The notes below the pieces were generated by a model. That model ran no database searches, had not been told where the DNA came from, and saw nothing but the letters and a program-made list of their open reading frames with translations. DNA of 64,000 nt from Eledone cirrhosa (Eukaryota), in the NCBI GenBank assembly GCA_964016885.1, contig OZ024741.1, forward strand, positions 42,842,001-42,906,000, in the 5' to 3' direction. A program made the position numbers and the translations under genes. This document shows positions 26,912 through 36,825 of the stretch, piece after piece; the stretch's first letter is position 1, and every line of letters starts with the position of its first letter.

Positions 26912-27049
26912 TAATAAAAACAATGAAATAAAAACAAAGCACAACTTCCTTATATTAAAAAATTCATCATTTTACGATCGTAAAATGAAGAATTTTTTAA
27001 TATAAGGAACTTGTGCTTTGTTTTTATTTCATTGTTTTTATTAATTTAT
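26906..27049. repeat. 144-bp near-perfect palindrome (probable PLE fold-back end)
   Basis: Centred on TACGATCGTA (26977/26978); adjoins (TA)n. Confidence 0.85.
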
Positions 27050-27201
27050 CTTGACTCTGTTTTCCTATGATTTTGATCGAAAATTTTTGAACGCATCTTC
27101 TTCTTTTCATGATATTTGAATTACATTGAGTACTTCATACGGCTTGGACACTACCATATATTTTGGTAGATTTATCTACATATATATATATTTATATATA
27201 T

Positions 27202-27410
27202 GAAAAGATTCAGGACCGAGACGGCAGAGCTGAGCTCCGGTCGTTTCGACAGCTAGATCCGAACTCTTCGAATCTAGGTGTCGAATCGACCGGGGCTCAT
27301 CCGTGGGGTTCGTGAATTTTTTCATATTACCCACTCCACTGCCCTAAGCATCGAGTACTCTGGTACGTTACGGTCCGCCTGGTATCTTACCACACCCTCT
27401 TTGTTGTTCA
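27202..27410 (+). mobile_element. Diverged fold-back mini-insertion of the Naiad pLTR/tail family
   Basis: ATTACCCACTCCACTGCCCTAAGCATCGAGTACTCTGG tail similar to 12310-12390; inverted 5' half. Confidence 0.75.
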
Positions 27411-27632
27411 TCTATCTATCTCTGGGATGGACACACGCGTATAACTTGCTGAGTAAGTTCTGTTTAAATTTCTATAGAAATTCTTGTCTGATAACTTTAA
27501 ATTTTGTACCATTTTGTAGAGGGACTGCCAGGTCAAACTTTGATCTGGTCAGTCTCTCAAAATATTCTACGCCTTTAGGCGAAATAGTTAAAAAAAAAGT
27601 TTTTTCTTGTTGAAAAGTCAATATTTTTTTAA

Positions 27633-29414
27633 ATGGCCGAAGCTTCTTCACCAAAATTCGAAGGAGGAAAGGGGAAGATGAACTTACAGCTTCCCCCTGC
27701 CACTGTCACAGTAGCAGAGGTCAAGAAGATAGGTCAGCCAGAGGAAGAATTCTCTCCACCTGTTAACCGACAACTTGACGTTACCATGGCAACAACCCAA
27801 AGAACCAACAGCAACAACAACAACAATGCGACGGTAGAAAACAACACCAATAACAATAACAATAACAACAACAAGACCAATAACGGTGACAACAACAACA
27901 ATGATAACAACAACACCACCAACGACAACAACAACACAAACAAACAAAATTTCTCCTTCGCCGAGACGACAAGGAAAACCCTCGACTATCTGCCAGTAGA
28001 TATAACAAAAGCGAAGGAGCTACTGGCGGATGCGAAAAAATATATAGTGTACGGGGAAAATGGTTCATTCACAATCCATTCCCCCCCGGAACTAAAAAGC
28101 CAGAGACTCCTAAACACGGTCATGTTTAGGACAATCTCGAACAAAAGTAAAAAACCAGCTCAACCATCACAGAGCGAGATAGAGCTGGTTTTAAAAGACG
28201 TCATGAAGGACATCACCTTCATTCAGAAGGATAGACTCTACGGGAGTCTATCCATTCTCATGAAGGACAGGGACACAGCAGTGAAACTGTCCATCAAACC
28301 AATCACATCCACCGCATACACCTTCTACCCTACGTACATGGGTAGAAGAACACAAAAAATAAAAATCCACACCATCCTGCCGATTATGGACATATGGTGG
28401 GTTTTGACAGGTCTTCTGGACCTGGAGGATGACATGCTGGTGTCCATGGGAAAGGCATCGGGTGACGCGTTCAGTGGAACGAGCCTCGAACTTGTAGTTC
28501 AAATGAGGCCCGAAAGGATCGCCCAGATCCCTGAACGCGTCATACTGGATGATCTAACCTTCATCAACATTACCGTTGAGGGTAGACGGCCCTCGTGTTA
28601 CCTCTGCGGAACCAGAGGTCACCTGAGGGCTGTCTGTCCCCAACTTAATAAGAAAACCCCAATCCTGCCTACACCACCAACAACTGCACAACCAACACAA
28701 TCACCACAACAACCACTACAAAAACAACCACCACAGCTCAAACCAAAACAAAACAATGTCCAACCCATCCCCTCCACTCAAAAAACAAAAACAATTTCCA
28801 AAACACCCGTACCGCAAACACAACCCGAAAATATACCCCTCCCCTCCAACGCGGAAGATGACCCTAGTTCGTCGTCAGACGAGGAGGAGCACTTCCACAC
28901 AATCAAAAGAAAAAAAAGAAAACACACCTCAGACACACAAATGAAAAAAACCCCTCCCCAAAACATAACACTGACACCAACACAAAAGAGCTCACAACAG
29001 CAAACAAAAAACACCACACAAAAACAAAAACATGCATACACATACATAAATACAAGAAACAAAAAACTGTTAAACATTGTGTACAACAACAATCTAATAA
29101 AAACACAAGGGCCTAACTTCACCCAGGCAGGGGATTTCCCCCACCTCAAAATGATTAAGGCCCCACAGGACACCTATAAAACTTTAAAAAACAATTTTAA
29201 AGAGGACGTGGGTCCCCCCTGCGTCGGGCCCATTAACCGAGTCCTCCTAAAAAACTATCCCACCCCCTCCCCAAACACCCTCACAACTCCAAGCTCCCCA
29301 ACCACACAACACACTGATGTCCCCACACTTCCACAAACCACCACCCCACCCAACAACCCATCCCCCACCCTAATGGAAATTGTGCAGCCCGATACCCGGG
29401 ACGCAGAGAGGTAA
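27633..29414 (+). CDS. LINE ORF1 protein (Asn-rich N-terminus, CCHC zinc knuckle, P/Q/T-rich tail)
   Basis: 593 aa; CYLCGTRGHLRAVC knuckle; aligns by eye with ORF1 of copies 2 and 3 (YP.YMG.R, MWW.L). Confidence 0.9.
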   Translation: MAEASSPKFEGGKGKMNLQLPPATVTVAEVKKIGQPEEEFSPPVNRQLDVTMATTQRTNSNNNNNATVENNTNNNNNNNNKTNNGDNNNNDNNNTTNDNNNTNKQNFSFAETTRKTLDYLPVDITKAKELLADAKKYIVYGENGSFTIHSPPELKSQRLLNTVMFRTISNKSKKPAQPSQSEIELVLKDVMKDITFIQKDRLYGSLSILMKDRDTAVKLSIKPITSTAYTFYPTYMGRRTQKIKIHTILPIMDIWWVLTGLLDLEDDMLVSMGKASGDAFSGTSLELVVQMRPERIAQIPERVILDDLTFINITVEGRRPSCYLCGTRGHLRAVCPQLNKKTPILPTPPTTAQPTQSPQQPLQKQPPQLKPKQNNVQPIPSTQKTKTISKTPVPQTQPENIPLPSNAEDDPSSSSDEEEHFHTIKRKKRKHTSDTQMKKTPPQNITLTPTQKSSQQQTKNTTQKQKHAYTYINTRNKKLLNIVYNNNLIKTQGPNFTQAGDFPHLKMIKAPQDTYKTLKNNFKEDVGPPCVGPINRVLLKNYPTPSPNTLTTPSSPTTQHTDVPTLPQTTTPPNNPSPTLMEIVQPDTRDAER

Positions 29415-29438
29415 GTGCCTTTTCTCTTCACCACCAAC

Positions 29439-32400
29439 ATGGCTATGCTAAGAGTAGGCTGTTTAAATGCGCGTGGCCTGGGCTCAACTTGGAAGCAAGC
29501 AATGCTTCTAAATGACCTCAGGTCACAACGTATAGATGTGATGGTTATTTGCGAGGCCCGGATCAGCAACGTGCGACAGCTGGCCCCCACCTTTGATGAC
29601 TTTGAGATGCACGCATCTCTCTGTCAGCCTGGAGGTGGGGGTGGAGTTGTCGTTCTGCTGCAAAAACATCTGGGTCTCGCAACACAGATGGTACATTTGG
29701 ACCCGGAGGGTCGACTAGTGGTTCTGGACCTTGGCAGTGGTAAAGGCGGAGCGTTTAGGTTGGTAGCCGCCTACGGCCCTTTCGGGTCAATGCGGCCGGA
29801 CTTCTTCCATCGTCTGGAGACTTTTCTAGGGACGTCCCGCTCCTTGCTATTAGTGGGGGACTGGAATGGTATCCTAGATGCACGCTGGGACTACGTAGGG
29901 GCCTGCCCCGATAGAGAGGGGTGTAATAGCCTCAAAGGGTTAATCGGTCGATTTGACCTGGCCGATAGATATCGACTAGATTTTCCGACTGCGCCAACCT
30001 GGACTTGGGCAAATCGTAGCGGATCATCTAGGTCGTACCTAGATAGGTTCTTAGTTAGAATTAAGGATAAGGACTTTTTAAGTTGTCCAAAAATGCGCAT
30101 TGTTGGCTATTCAGACCACAAATTAGTGACCTGCATGGTCAACCTTGACAGAACTCATAGACAGGGCCCCGGTTACTGGAAGCTCAACTTGTCCTTGCCG
30201 GCAAGTAGAGCCTACAGGAATCGGATTAGTACGTTAGTTAAGGAACGGTTGACTGGAGCGATCGTCAACAGCAGGTGGTGGGTATCTCTAAAGAGAGAGA
30301 TTAGAGTAGTCTCGATAGAATTTAGTAAGGGTCTAGCTGCGGATAGGAATAGGAAGGAAAGGGAGCTAATAGATAGAGTAGAAGAGGCAATTAGAAGCGG
30401 CGACGTGGCCAGAGTGCTAGCGTCGAGAACGGCTTTGAGCCAGTTTTTCGACGCGAAGCACGAAGGCTGCGTTGTCCGAAGTAAAATACGTGCTCTAGGG
30501 AACGAGGGGACCAAAGCTGTTAGCTGGGCCCGCGTGACAGAGGCCAACAGTGGAACTAAATCCACCATCCGGTCTTTGCGAGACCTGGATGGACGGGCGA
30601 TTCTTGAGCCTAAGCAGATGTGTGAGGCCTTTCAAAGGCACTTTGCCCGACTGTTCGGGAGGGGCGGGGAGCCGGTTGGGAACGTGGACTTCGGTCCATA
30701 CCTCGACGGCCTGCCGCGCCTCTCGGACAGGGAGGCGAAGTCCTGCGAGGAGCCGATTTCGGCCGCTGAGATAGAGGACGTGCTGAGCCAATGCGGCAAA
30801 CGCAAATCCCCGGGTCTCGATGGTCTTCCTTACGAATTATATCTAGCTATGCCGGACTTGTTCCCCGATCTCCTCGAGGCGGTCTACTGCAACTGGCAAC
30901 AGAACGGGAGAATTCCCTGTACTGTGACCAAGGGCGTAGTCACGCTAGTGAGGAAGGACGAGAACAAGGGGGACGAAATAAGTAACTTCAGGCCCATAAC
31001 ACTGCTAAATACAGAGTTACAGATTTTGGCCAAGGTGCTAGCAAAGAGGTTGGCGCTTGTCGTGGGCAACCTGGTGGGAGATGCGCAGACATGCGCTATC
31101 CCGTCCAGGTCCATCCATGACAACCTCCACCTCATGCGATACATCATAGAGAGGGTTGGGAACGAACCCGGCTTTGGTGGGGCTCTGATCAACTTGGATC
31201 AATCTAAGGCGTTCGATAGGGTCGACCATGGTTACCTGGATGCGGTGCTAGCGGCGGCAGGCTTCGGACCCGTTTTCAGGGGCTGGATCACTGCTATGCA
31301 CAGCAGCCGCATCTGCTCTAGGGTCAAGGTGAACGGCTACCTCTCGGAGCCGTTCAAAATCGCGCGGTCCATCCGACAAGGGTGCCCTCTCTCCTCCCTT
31401 CTGTATGTATTGACTCTCGAGCCACTACTGCGGAAGTTGGAGTTGTTGCAGGGCATCCCTTTGGAACCGGGATTGCGGAAAGCGGTGTCGGCCTACGCCG
31501 ATGACGTGACAGTAATGGTGTCGACGGCCTCCGAAATCGAGGCGGTCGGCACCTTACTGGAGGAGTACGAAAAGTTCACAGGGGCTAAGCTGAACCGGGA
31601 CAAGTCGATCGGTTTGCAACTCGGCACGTGGAGGGGCAGACCGATGCCCTCCGATAGCGTCGTCGGACGCTGGACGGAGGGCCCGGTGAAGTTGCTCGGG
31701 GTCTGGTTCGGACCGGACCTCCAGGTGGAGAAAAACTGGGCGGAGGTTACGAACAGAGTGTTTGCACTGACCCAGAAGTGGGCCAGTTGCAAACTATCCC
31801 TGAAAGGTCGGGCGGAGGTGGCGAACACCTACATAGCGTCCGTCATCTACTACCGCCTGACCGTAGTGCCCTGCCCAAGGGAAACCCTCACCAAGATGGA
31901 GCGCGCGCTCTTCCAATTCCTTTGGAAGAGGCGGGCTCCTATGGTGAGGAGATCCATCTGCTGTCAACACCCTTCGAAAGGAGGGCTGGGGATGCCGTGG
32001 CTAATGATGCGTAAACACGCATTAAGGCTACGGCACCTCTACGTATTCCTCACCGGACAACCGGTGTGGGCCTCGTTTGTGAGACGAACCTTTCCCAGAC
32101 TCGTCTCACTCACCGAGCTGCAATCCTGGGTCAAGCAAAGACCGAGAAAACTGGGCGCCTGGCACACTGAGTGTGCCCAGGCGCTCACCGCCCTCTGGCA
32201 GGCGGATCCGGTTATCAGTGGAGACTCCACCGCAACATTCTATAGAGGGCTGGTACGCAGCAGGTGCGACGACGCCCTCGGAGAAGCCCTAGACATGGAG
32301 GAGGACGAACTGGCCAGCCTTTTCGGTAGGACATTCAGCCCGGGACCTATGGACAACTTCCAGAAGTCCCTGGCCTGGCAGTGCTACCGAGGGGCTTTAC

Positions 32401-32876
32401 CCGTTCGAGAAAGGCTCTACAGACACGGGCGCCCGGGTAGGGACCCCGCCAAAAAGATCTGTCCCAGATGCGTGTGCGACGAGGAAACCGTTGCACACGC
32501 ATTAGTACACTGCTCGGGCGTAGCCGATCTGTGGGGCTATGTCGAACAACTGCTGTCAAGGGTGGGACCGATCCGGTTGACCACCGAGTCTATTGTAATG
32601 ATCAAGCCGCCTCCCCCCTTCAAAGATGAAGCAGAGGCGGTGTTTCTGTGCGTAATAGCCATGGCGAAAGAGGTTGTATGGTGGACGCGTCTGAAAGGAC
32701 TGAGGTCGGGCACCTTTCTCTCTGGCCAACAACTGGTCCGTTTCTTCCGATATCATTTCGGAAGAAGGATCAGGATGGAGAGAGAGGTGCTGCACCCCAG
32801 CCGTTTCTATGAAAGATGGGTGAAAGTGGCGAGAATGGCCCGTGTGAATGGGCCTTCACTCTACATCAGACTATAG
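29439..32876 (+). CDS. LINE ORF2: APE endonuclease + reverse transcriptase + C-terminal Cys motif
   Basis: LNARGL, GDWN, YLDR, SDH (APE); KSPGLDG, NFRPITLLN, DQSKAFDRV, QGCPLS, AYADD (RT); CPRC..ETVAHALVHC. ATG in CCAACATGG at 29439. Confidence 0.96.
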   Translation: MAMLRVGCLNARGLGSTWKQAMLLNDLRSQRIDVMVICEARISNVRQLAPTFDDFEMHASLCQPGGGGGVVVLLQKHLGLATQMVHLDPEGRLVVLDLGSGKGGAFRLVAAYGPFGSMRPDFFHRLETFLGTSRSLLLVGDWNGILDARWDYVGACPDREGCNSLKGLIGRFDLADRYRLDFPTAPTWTWANRSGSSRSYLDRFLVRIKDKDFLSCPKMRIVGYSDHKLVTCMVNLDRTHRQGPGYWKLNLSLPASRAYRNRISTLVKERLTGAIVNSRWWVSLKREIRVVSIEFSKGLAADRNRKERELIDRVEEAIRSGDVARVLASRTALSQFFDAKHEGCVVRSKIRALGNEGTKAVSWARVTEANSGTKSTIRSLRDLDGRAILEPKQMCEAFQRHFARLFGRGGEPVGNVDFGPYLDGLPRLSDREAKSCEEPISAAEIEDVLSQCGKRKSPGLDGLPYELYLAMPDLFPDLLEAVYCNWQQNGRIPCTVTKGVVTLVRKDENKGDEISNFRPITLLNTELQILAKVLAKRLALVVGNLVGDAQTCAIPSRSIHDNLHLMRYIIERVGNEPGFGGALINLDQSKAFDRVDHGYLDAVLAAAGFGPVFRGWITAMHSSRICSRVKVNGYLSEPFKIARSIRQGCPLSSLLYVLTLEPLLRKLELLQGIPLEPGLRKAVSAYADDVTVMVSTASEIEAVGTLLEEYEKFTGAKLNRDKSIGLQLGTWRGRPMPSDSVVGRWTEGPVKLLGVWFGPDLQVEKNWAEVTNRVFALTQKWASCKLSLKGRAEVANTYIASVIYYRLTVVPCPRETLTKMERALFQFLWKRRAPMVRRSICCQHPSKGGLGMPWLMMRKHALRLRHLYVFLTGQPVWASFVRRTFPRLVSLTELQSWVKQRPRKLGAWHTECAQALTALWQADPVISGDSTATFYRGLVRSRCDDALGEALDMEEDELASLFGRTFSPGPMDNFQKSLAWQCYRGALPVRERLYRHGRPGRDPAKKICPRCVCDEETVAHALVHCSGVADLWGYVEQLLSRVGPIRLTTESIVMIKPPPPFKDEAEAVFLCVIAMAKEVVWWTRLKGLRSGTFLSGQQLVRFFRYHFGRRIRMEREVLHPSRFYERWVKVARMARVNGPSLYIRL

Positions 32877-33163
32877 GTGAGGAAGATGAAAGACCAAGGG
32901 AGCACCCCTTCTCTGTGCTCCTGAGGAGAAGGGTTGCACACTTTTTTCGGGGGTGTGTGCGACCCCCCAAGGCGCCTCCTCTCTATTGAGGATTTTGTTA
33001 AAAATTTTATTTTTTGTTATATCTTATTTTATTTTTATATTTTGTTATTGCCTCCTCCTTATTGAGGACGCCTTTTTGTGTAAACTCCCCCCTTTGTACT
33101 TGTCCCACTTTTGATGCCCTAGTGGCAAATAAAAGAAATATATCTATCTATCTATATATATAT

Positions 33164-33197
<34 letters not shown>

Positions 33198-35130
33198 TAG
33201 TGAAAAAGAACAAAGGAACTATTATGACATTATAACAAGTTTATTGCCGACAGCCGTTTCGTCCGACCCCATGGTGGGACTTATCAAGGCATATAACATG
33301 TGATTGCAAGATCATTGTTTACATCAACGTATCACTCAAGGCTAGCAGTTTGAAATTGTTGTATACATCAGCAACTCCGCTTTAAGGGGGGCTCTTTTAT
33401 ATTAGTTGTCGGGGTCAGGGATTGAAGTTTAAAAATTAGACAAAAATATATAATTCACGCATCAACATTAAACCAAGAGACTTGGGGTCCCGTAGAAGCA
33501 CCTCAGAAAATCCCTCAATGAATGCATAAAGCTTATAGGCTCCAATACACCTATTAGTCTAGAAGAAAATTAAGAGGCTAATAAAATAAGAAAATAAAAA
33601 TATAAAGTTTCCCTAAAAAATATATAGAGAGTTCCTATGAAATTACTTCTAGAGAAAAAAAGCTTTTCCGAAAGAAAACCTTCTTCCCCCGAGATCACGT
33701 TTACAAAATTCAGAAAACTGAATTGAAAACTAGGTTGAAAGAAACTAATCAATTAGAGGTTAATTCAGAGAGCCTTCCATAAATCTCTCAGAAAAGGCCC
33801 CTTTACTATTTCCAATAGGAACTTCTTCCGAGAGACCCTTCGAAGAATTAAAATTTTAGAGAGCCTTTGAGGATAAATATAAAAACGAATTGAGGAAAAT
33901 TATACATTAAAAGTTAAAAATTAAAAATTATGGTATTTGGGATATCCGAGGAATTTTCAAAGGGCTGCTTCAACAGATACAACTTAGGCATAATAGGTAC
34001 AATAATCTAAGCAATTTAAGCAATTTAATTAGGGAGCAATTCAAGGAGTTTATCAAGTTGGGCAAGATTAAAGAAAGTGGTAACTAAGAAAATACATAAG
34101 CAAAAAGACAATAATCATAAAATGTATCTTTAAGAAGGTACAAGGTAGCTTCAGTGATCTAACCCTGTATTATCACAAATAAACATTCCAAAATTATTGA
34201 TACAGGATTAAAAATTATTACAAAATCATTACAAAATTACCACAAAATCATTACAAAATTATCAAATCATCACAAAATTACCACAAAATCATTACAAAAC
34301 TATCAAATTATCATAAAATTATCGCAAAATTATTACAAAATCATCATAAAATTATTGCAAAAATATAACAGGATGAACATTACTGGTGACCGTGTGGGCG
34401 CGATATCCATTCTGCCTATGCAGTCCCTGCACAACTCCAGGCACGATATCCACTAGGCGTAAGCAGTCATCTGCATAGCTCCAGGCGCAGCTGGTCTTGT
34501 TTAAACGTTCATAGATCACCCGGGGTTCACTATTATCTGCGTGGACTCTCTGGGAGATGTACCTGTGGATCTAATAGCCAGTGGTTGCCGGATGTGGTCC
34601 GTTCGATCCTTTAGTTTCAGGGGTTGAACGCTTTCGCGATAGACGAGCCTGCTGGTTCTAAGTCCAAGGTTTCGCCACGCATGATGTATTGGTCCACATG
34701 CTATATCGTTAAAGAACCAGTGTGGATTTGACTGGGGTGGTATATTACGAACTCCAAGTCCACACGCGACTGGTCAAAAGCGAAGGGCTGTCCTCTCTAT
34801 GTTTGCTGTATGGGTCGTTCTCAGCTTAGATGGTGGTCGTGTTATCCATATTCCGTCAGCCCTGTATATTCAAGACAGATCAGGGTATGTATTTGCGGGT
34901 ATGGTCCTGCGTCTACGTTATCCAGAGGGTCTCGCTTGTGGTATTTTCAAGTTTGCATGTCATCTCCCGGTTAAGACTGCGCATGCTTCGGTGAATCTCA
35001 AGTATGGAATCTTAGGGTATCATATTACACGGGGTGACCAGCATAGAGCTTAACTAGCTACCGTCACATATTTGGTAAGTCAGACGTGATCATCGCGATT
35101 CACATACGTCCTACCATACATCTTACTTAT
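33198..35130 (-). mobile_element. Probable PLE 3' remnant (long 3'UTR + hammerhead) between (TA)n tracts
   Basis: Hammerhead near the 3' end; a weak ILEIHRSMRSLNRE PLE-like C-terminal motif near 34960-35010; ~11-bp ATTACAAAATC tandem repeats at 34225-34365. Confidence 0.55.
33245..33291 (-). ncRNA. Type I hammerhead (U3-A8 variant)
   Basis: TGCC-TTGATAA-GTCC..GGAC-GAAA-CGGCTG-TC|GGCA. Confidence 0.82.
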
Positions 35131-35441
35131 ATATATATATATATATATTACGGGTATATATGCATACATACATACATGCTTGGATACATACATATATACA
35201 TTATTTGTGCGTGAGAGGCATTATGTGTGCAAAATTCAAAAAAAGCTTATTCAAAATGGCGGCGAATAAATGTCTGATAGAAAGAAAGAAAGAAACGACG
35301 AATGCAGTACTGTAAATATAGGAGTGAGAAATCATTTAAAGATAATTGAGTGATAGCTGAAACATGTTAATCGTTTTTAGAGAAATTTTTCGTACAATTG
35401 GAAAGCTTTAATGATTTTAACACAATGCTTATCTTACTCTT

Positions 35442-35447
35442 TTGTGT

Positions 35448-35490
<43 letters not shown>

Positions 35491-35501
35491 ATATATATAT
35501 G

Positions 35502-35575
<74 letters not shown>

Positions 35576-35590
35576 AATATGTATATATAT

Positions 35591-35635
<45 letters not shown>

Positions 35636-35654
35636 AATATGTATATATATACAC

Positions 35655-35701
<47 letters not shown>

Positions 35702-35736
35702 TATATATACATATATATATATATACATATATAAAC

Positions 35737-35829
<93 letters not shown>

Positions 35830-35848
35830 AATATGTATATATATACAC

Positions 35849-35895
<47 letters not shown>

Positions 35896-35930
35896 TATAT
35901 ATACATATATATATATATACATATATAAAC

Positions 35931-36004
<74 letters not shown>

Positions 36005-36005
36005 G
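35442..36005. repeat. Compound (TG)n/(TA)n/(CA)n microsatellite with higher-order repeat units
   Basis: ACACACAAATATGTATATATATACAC unit recurs three times. Confidence 0.96.
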
Positions 36006-36348
36006 TAAACTAAGATTCACTCTCATCCCTCTGGGCAAACCATAGAATAGGAAATTATAAAATGAATTCCAGTTCGAAAAATTTAGATAATTCAACATTT
36101 AAATATTTGAATATGAAAATGAAATACTATATAATAAACTAGTTAAAATATATCATAATAACTTTACATCTCCTCCGTTCGTCTGTCATACAAATTCTTC
36201 GTTCTGTCAATAGCATTCTAAAATCTTTTTATTTACATTTCAAGATAATCTCGAGGACAGAACTTAAGATATATCGTGGACAGAAAAATGTTCTCAGCAC
36301 TCTCTGGCATCGGTTCTATCTCTATCTGACTGGGCTGAATTTGTCTCA

Positions 36349-36400
<52 letters not shown>

Positions 36401-36516
36401 TTTCTGAATTTGTTTAGCAAGATTCTTTATCTGAAAACGTGTGTTGAAACCGATATTATTGGCAACATGACCCTCCCAACCCAAAGTATAACAATATATA
36501 TGTATATCAACCACAT

Positions 36517-36556
<40 letters not shown>

Positions 36557-36560
<4 letters not shown>

Positions 36561-36825
36561 ATGTGGTTGACGCCTGAGACAAAAAGACTATAATATACAG
36601 AAGTAGATTGACCCAGTGAAACTCCAGAATAACAAGACTCACTATTCAGCCTTAATAAATGAATATGCATATCCTCCATCTCAATGCTTCTTTTGAAAAT
36701 CATAAGAACTGTGAAACAGGTAAAGTAAATAAATATTCTTAAAAGACTCCAGTTGCATTTTCAATTTCTTTTCCTTATATATTTTTACCCGTGTGGGACA
36801 TTCTTTTAAATATCCTTTTTTTTCT
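36557..36825 (+). mobile_element. Decayed pLTR remnant of the Neptune-type family
   Basis: CCTCCATCTCAA..CTTTTGAAAA..AAGAACTGTGAAACAGGTAAAG..AAGACTCCAGTTGCATTTTC matches 17949-18060; hammerhead degenerate. Confidence 0.75.

Larger units (their letters stand above)
27421..33140 (+). mobile_element. Full-length L1/Tx1-type LINE, copy 1 (both ORFs intact)
   Basis: ORF1 + ORF2, 3'UTR with stem-loop and AATAAA (33128-33133); TCTA-type repeats at both flanks. The 5' boundary is approximate. Confidence 0.93.

Noticed and set aside
34225-34365. CRISPR-like repeat array
   Set aside because: Short degenerate tandem repeats with no unique spacers, in a eukaryotic context.
35252-35263. YY1-like CAAAATGGCGGC motif as a host promoter
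   Set aside because: Single short motif between microsatellites with no following ORF or other support.
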